Shown here piece after piece: positions 8,462 to 10,835 of a DNA stretch of 10,835 nucleotides (its first letter is position 1; each line of letters starts with the position of its first letter). Position numbers and translations under genes: made by a program. The stretch is from a bacterium (GTDB lineage Bacteria > Zhuqueibacterota > Zhuqueibacteria > Oceanimicrobiales > Oceanimicrobiaceae): the NCBI GenBank assembly GCA_046757025.1, contig JBHHXN010000175.1, positions 1 to 10,835 of the forward strand, in the 5' to 3' direction. A model generated the notes under the pieces. That model saw nothing but the letters and a program-made list of their open reading frames with translations. It ran no database searches and was not told where the DNA came from.

Positions 8462-8490
8462 CCTACCGAAAGTAGGAACCTTTCGGAGGT
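8462..8490. repeat. REP-like nested palindrome (two short hairpins that are also mutually complementary)
   Basis: CCTAC-cgaaa-GTAGG (8462-8476) and ACCT-ttcgg-AGGT (8478-8490). Alternatively CCGAAAG (8466-8472) pairs with CTTTCGG (8480-8486), extended by CCT/AGG across a bulged A. Confidence 0.55.
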
Positions 8491-8498
8491 GGTTGTGC

Positions 8499-8551
8499 CT
8501 AATCTCAACAATACCATCTTACGCGCTTGAATAAATGAGTCTGCCGTTTAA
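8499..8551 (-). pseudogene. Decayed fragment of a T9SS-type C-terminal sorting domain gene (last ~15 codons)
   Basis: 8502-8545 matches 10518-10561 at 37/44 nt ungapped and translates ADSFIQARKMVLLR vs AGSFVQVRKMVLLR. Single-base insertions flank it (AGATTAG vs AGATAG; TTAAACGGCA vs TTAAAGGCA), and an in-frame TAA lies just upstream. Confidence 0.85.
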
Positions 8552-8611
8552 CCCACAGTAACTTAGAAAAAGACCGGCGTGTACTTCAATTTGGAAATAC
8601 TTTTACCCCGA

Positions 8612-8671
8612 TTGTGTACTAACAACTCCGAATGTGTTCCAGCGCGGTGGAAGGTGCTGTTGTTAACACAA
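8612..8671. other. 60-bp imperfect inverted repeat downstream of the beta-propeller gene (attC-like cores)
   Basis: TTGTGT(ac)TAACAAC (8612-8626) pairs with GTTGTTA-ACACAA (8659-8671). The inner stem is TTCCA/TGGAA (8637-8641/8648-8652). There is no U-tract on the coding strand. Confidence 0.5.
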
Positions 8672-8692
8672 ATTCGAGGCTTTATTTTTTAC

Positions 8693-10435
8693 TTAAAACT
8701 TGTAGCAGGCAATTTCTTGCTTACCCGATTTAAAAAAGACTCGAGATTCTATTTTATCTACTTCATACACCGGTTCCTTCGTTCCCAAAATAATCTGGTC
8801 TTCTGTTTCACCAGTGAATTTATTGACTTTTATCAGGCCGGCTCCTTTCTCGTTCTCTGTTTTTATGCGCGCCAGTATGTACATGTAAGTTTCACGATTC
8901 TTGGTCTCTTTGAAACGTATTTCAGATAGATATTCATAAAACATATCCTTTTCCATTTTTTTTGATTTCCAAGCTGCTTGCATCCACTGTGGGTAGTTTC
9001 GCTGCAGGTCCTCCACATCCGTTTTCCAGCCAGGGAATGTCATCTTCTTTACATTGTTTCGCATGATATCGGCAGCTACTTTCTCAACCCAACTCAAGCC
9101 AGGGCCTTCATGATACGTATGAAACACCTTTTCGCCGTTGAGTGAAACGAGCATGAGATTATTGCTGGACTGCAAAAGATATCCATCATCGCGCAGCAAC
9201 AAAGAGGCGGGCACTTCGTCACCCCTAAATTTCAAATCTTCGGCCAGTACTGTATATTCTCCGTCGGCAAGGTTTATGCCGTAAAGTTTTTTATATGCAT
9301 AGAATACGATTTTGTCATCCTTAATCACAAAGTTGGTTGACTCCTTCATTTTTTTGTATTCTTTTTGCCACAAAGGTTGACCAGTTGCAAGATCGATTAC
9401 AGCCACAAAAGGTCTTCCACGTGCGGCCACAACCCAATCGTTATCAGATCGCGCACCTTTAACCATCAAACCTTCTGGGAGTAATCGCATTTGAGACACT
9501 CCACCTTTTAGCTTGGGAGGTTTTTCCCAAATTAGACTTCCGTCCTGTGGGCGTACCGCATAAACGGTTTTAGCGCAAGCCGCATAAAGCACATCCCCAT
9601 TTTCATCTAAAAGCATGGGCGCATAACCATTCTGTATCGCTGGTGGATTCTTTGCTTTCACCGCAGTCTCCCAAATCAGTTCACCGGTCTGCGCATTGAA
9701 TTTTCGGATGGCTTTTTTGTTCATAAAGGTGATCATCGTTTCGTCGGTGTCAAACAAAGGTGGCTGGTTACCCATGATGGTCTTCTTGGAGCTGCCCGCG
9801 TCCTCAAAAAAAGGATCTTGAGAAGTATCTTTCACAGGTGGGAACAAGTCAAACTTTGCAGGATCCCGTTTCTTGAAAAAGTCTCTCTTCTGCCATATCA
9901 CCTTTCCTGAGGCGAGATCCACAACGAACGCGGTCTTCTTTTTATTCTTATCCTTGGCGTAAAGAAACATCCCGCCGATTTCGGGTAAGAAGTAGTAGCC
10001 GTAGTGGTCTTTGAATCCCATGGTTTCCGTAGTCCACATGTCTTGCCCGTTCACAACATTTATGAGGGTAATCCAATACGGCATTCCGCTGGTCTTGAAT
10101 TTCTTTTTGGCTCCGCTAAAATTTCTCAAAACCGCAAACGAGGTGAATGGAACAAACTCTTCCAACCAACTTGCGAATTCCTTTTCAGGCCTATCCTTCA
10201 GCCCTTTTAAGTCTTCACGGGTCCAGAGTATGCCACCAGTTTCTGAATCGATGCCAACCAAACCTTCATCTGTGCTAACTAGCAGATGTCCAGTGGGCGC
10301 CACCTTCATCCATTTAACACTTTTTGTAAATGTGGCCTTCCAGATTGGATCCGAGCCTCCAAATACATTGACTGTTAAGCCCATAATGGTCAGGAAGCTT
10401 AAAATTCTCAACCAACTTAAGTTTAACTTTTTCAT
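8693..10435 (-). CDS. Exported PQQ-binding-like (BamB-like) beta-propeller repeat protein
   Basis: 580-aa ORF with GAGGAG RBS at 10441-10446 and a Sec signal without lipobox Cys. Repeated blade motifs: DSETGGILW, NVVNGQDMW, DLASGKVIW, NAQTGELIW, RPQDGSLIW, DLATGQPLW, NLADGE, SLNGE, NKFTGE. Confidence 0.88.
   Translation of the reverse strand: MKKLNLSWLRILSFLTIMGLTVNVFGGSDPIWKATFTKSVKWMKVAPTGHLLVSTDEGLVGIDSETGGILWTREDLKGLKDRPEKEFASWLEEFVPFTSFAVLRNFSGAKKKFKTSGMPYWITLINVVNGQDMWTTETMGFKDHYGYYFLPEIGGMFLYAKDKNKKKTAFVVDLASGKVIWQKRDFFKKRDPAKFDLFPPVKDTSQDPFFEDAGSSKKTIMGNQPPLFDTDETMITFMNKKAIRKFNAQTGELIWETAVKAKNPPAIQNGYAPMLLDENGDVLYAACAKTVYAVRPQDGSLIWEKPPKLKGGVSQMRLLPEGLMVKGARSDNDWVVAARGRPFVAVIDLATGQPLWQKEYKKMKESTNFVIKDDKIVFYAYKKLYGINLADGEYTVLAEDLKFRGDEVPASLLLRDDGYLLQSSNNLMLVSLNGEKVFHTYHEGPGLSWVEKVAADIMRNNVKKMTFPGWKTDVEDLQRNYPQWMQAAWKSKKMEKDMFYEYLSEIRFKETKNRETYMYILARIKTENEKGAGLIKVNKFTGETEDQIILGTKEPVYEVDKIESRVFFKSGKQEIACYKF
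10408..10435 (-). repeat. Copy 2 of the 28-bp shared gene-start repeat (copy 1 at 8016-8043)
   Basis: Direct comparison gives 26/28 identity. Confidence 0.9.
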
Positions 10436-10515
10436 TATGACTCCTCAATCTAATTAATAATTACATATTTTCAATCATTTGAACTTTTCAGCAATAAGAT
10501 AACAAGTATTTCAAA

Positions 10516-10835
10516 CTATCTCAACAACACCATCTTCCGCACCTGAACAAACGAGCCTGCCTTTAAGCGATACAGATAGACGCCACTCGCCACCTGTTTC
10601 CCCACACGGTCTCGGCCATTCCACTCAATCTGAAAAGTGCCAGCGGGTTTTCTTGCATTCACCAATGTTCTGATTTCCTGCCCCAACTGGTTGTAAATCG
10701 TTAATTCGACGTCACTGACAGCTGAAAGCTGGTAGCTGATGATTGTGGAAGGATTGAACGGATTGGGGTAGTTCTGCTTTAGCGCAAATGATGATGGAAC
10801 GCCAACAGCAAGATCCTCAACTGCAGTCGTTGATT
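10516..10835 (-). CDS. 3' end (partial) of a secreted protein with a T9SS type-A sorting / FlgD-Ig-like C-terminal domain
   Basis: Not in the ORF track because the start is outside the window. The frame from 10833 reads STTAVEDLAVGVPSSFALKQNYPNPFNPSTIISYQLSAVSDVELTIYNQLGQEIRTLVNARKPAGTFQIEWNGRDRVGKQVASGVYLYRLKAGSFVQVRKMVLLR, with TAG at 10518-10516. Confidence 0.95.
   Translation of the reverse strand, partial: STTAVEDLAVGVPSSFALKQNYPNPFNPSTIISYQLSAVSDVELTIYNQLGQEIRTLVNARKPAGTFQIEWNGRDRVGKQVASGVYLYRLKAGSFVQVRKMVLLR

Noticed and set aside
8450..8499. Resemblance to a c-di-GMP-I (GEMM) riboswitch on the minus strand (GGCACAACC...CGAAAG...GGGATGC)
   Set aside because: The GCAAA/second-hairpin elements are missing and the spacing is wrong. 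The nested palindrome explains the CGAAAG. An Rfam scan would settle it.
8502..8545. DGR template repeat / variable repeat pair with 10518-10561 (5 of 7 mismatches have A in the non-coding copy on the coding strand)
   Set aside because: All five are A/G transitions, three of them synonymous, and two mismatches are not at A. The repeat is only 44 bp, the target is a conserved sorting signal rather than a variable ligand-binding fold, and no reverse transcriptase is in the window.
8216..8929. Plus-strand ORFs 8216-8437 and 8579-8929 (also 5048-5242)
   Set aside because: They lack recognisable motifs, have composition typical of translated AT-rich non-coding or antisense DNA, and overlap better-explained minus-strand elements.
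10590..10610. Possible frameshift in the T9SS CTD near GRDRVG
   Set aside because: Re-reading gives GTG GGG AAA CAG GTG, so the frame is intact through to the TAG at 10516.

Overview
Gene-dense cell-envelope region, probably from an FCB-superphylum bacterium such as KSB1, Calditrichota or Ignavibacteria (inferred from a GWxTD protein and a 'QNYPNPFNP...RKMVLLR' T9SS-type C-terminal sorting domain). The left side holds an M28 metallopeptidase (+) converging on a GWxTD protein and a UPF0104/lysylphosphatidylglycerol-synthase-like membrane protein (-). The right side is a co-directional minus-strand run of exported proteins: the 3' end of a T9SS-CTD cargo gene (missed by the ORF track), a PQQ/BamB-like beta-propeller, two tandem paralogs with an apparent CsgG/HfaB-like + FlgT-C-like + outer-membrane beta-barrel architecture, and a further predicted beta-barrel. 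The 650-bp spacer at 8044-8692 is a mosaic. It carries a decayed copy of the T9SS-CTD tail, a REP-like double hairpin, an attC-like hairpin, a candidate small ORF with a duplicated RBS and a sigma70-like promoter. Two otherwise unrelated genes share a 26/28-nt identical 5' end, pointing to shuffling of export-signal modules. No rRNA, tRNA, CRISPR array, transposase or integrase was recognised. All family assignments come from motif recognition by eye, not database searches.
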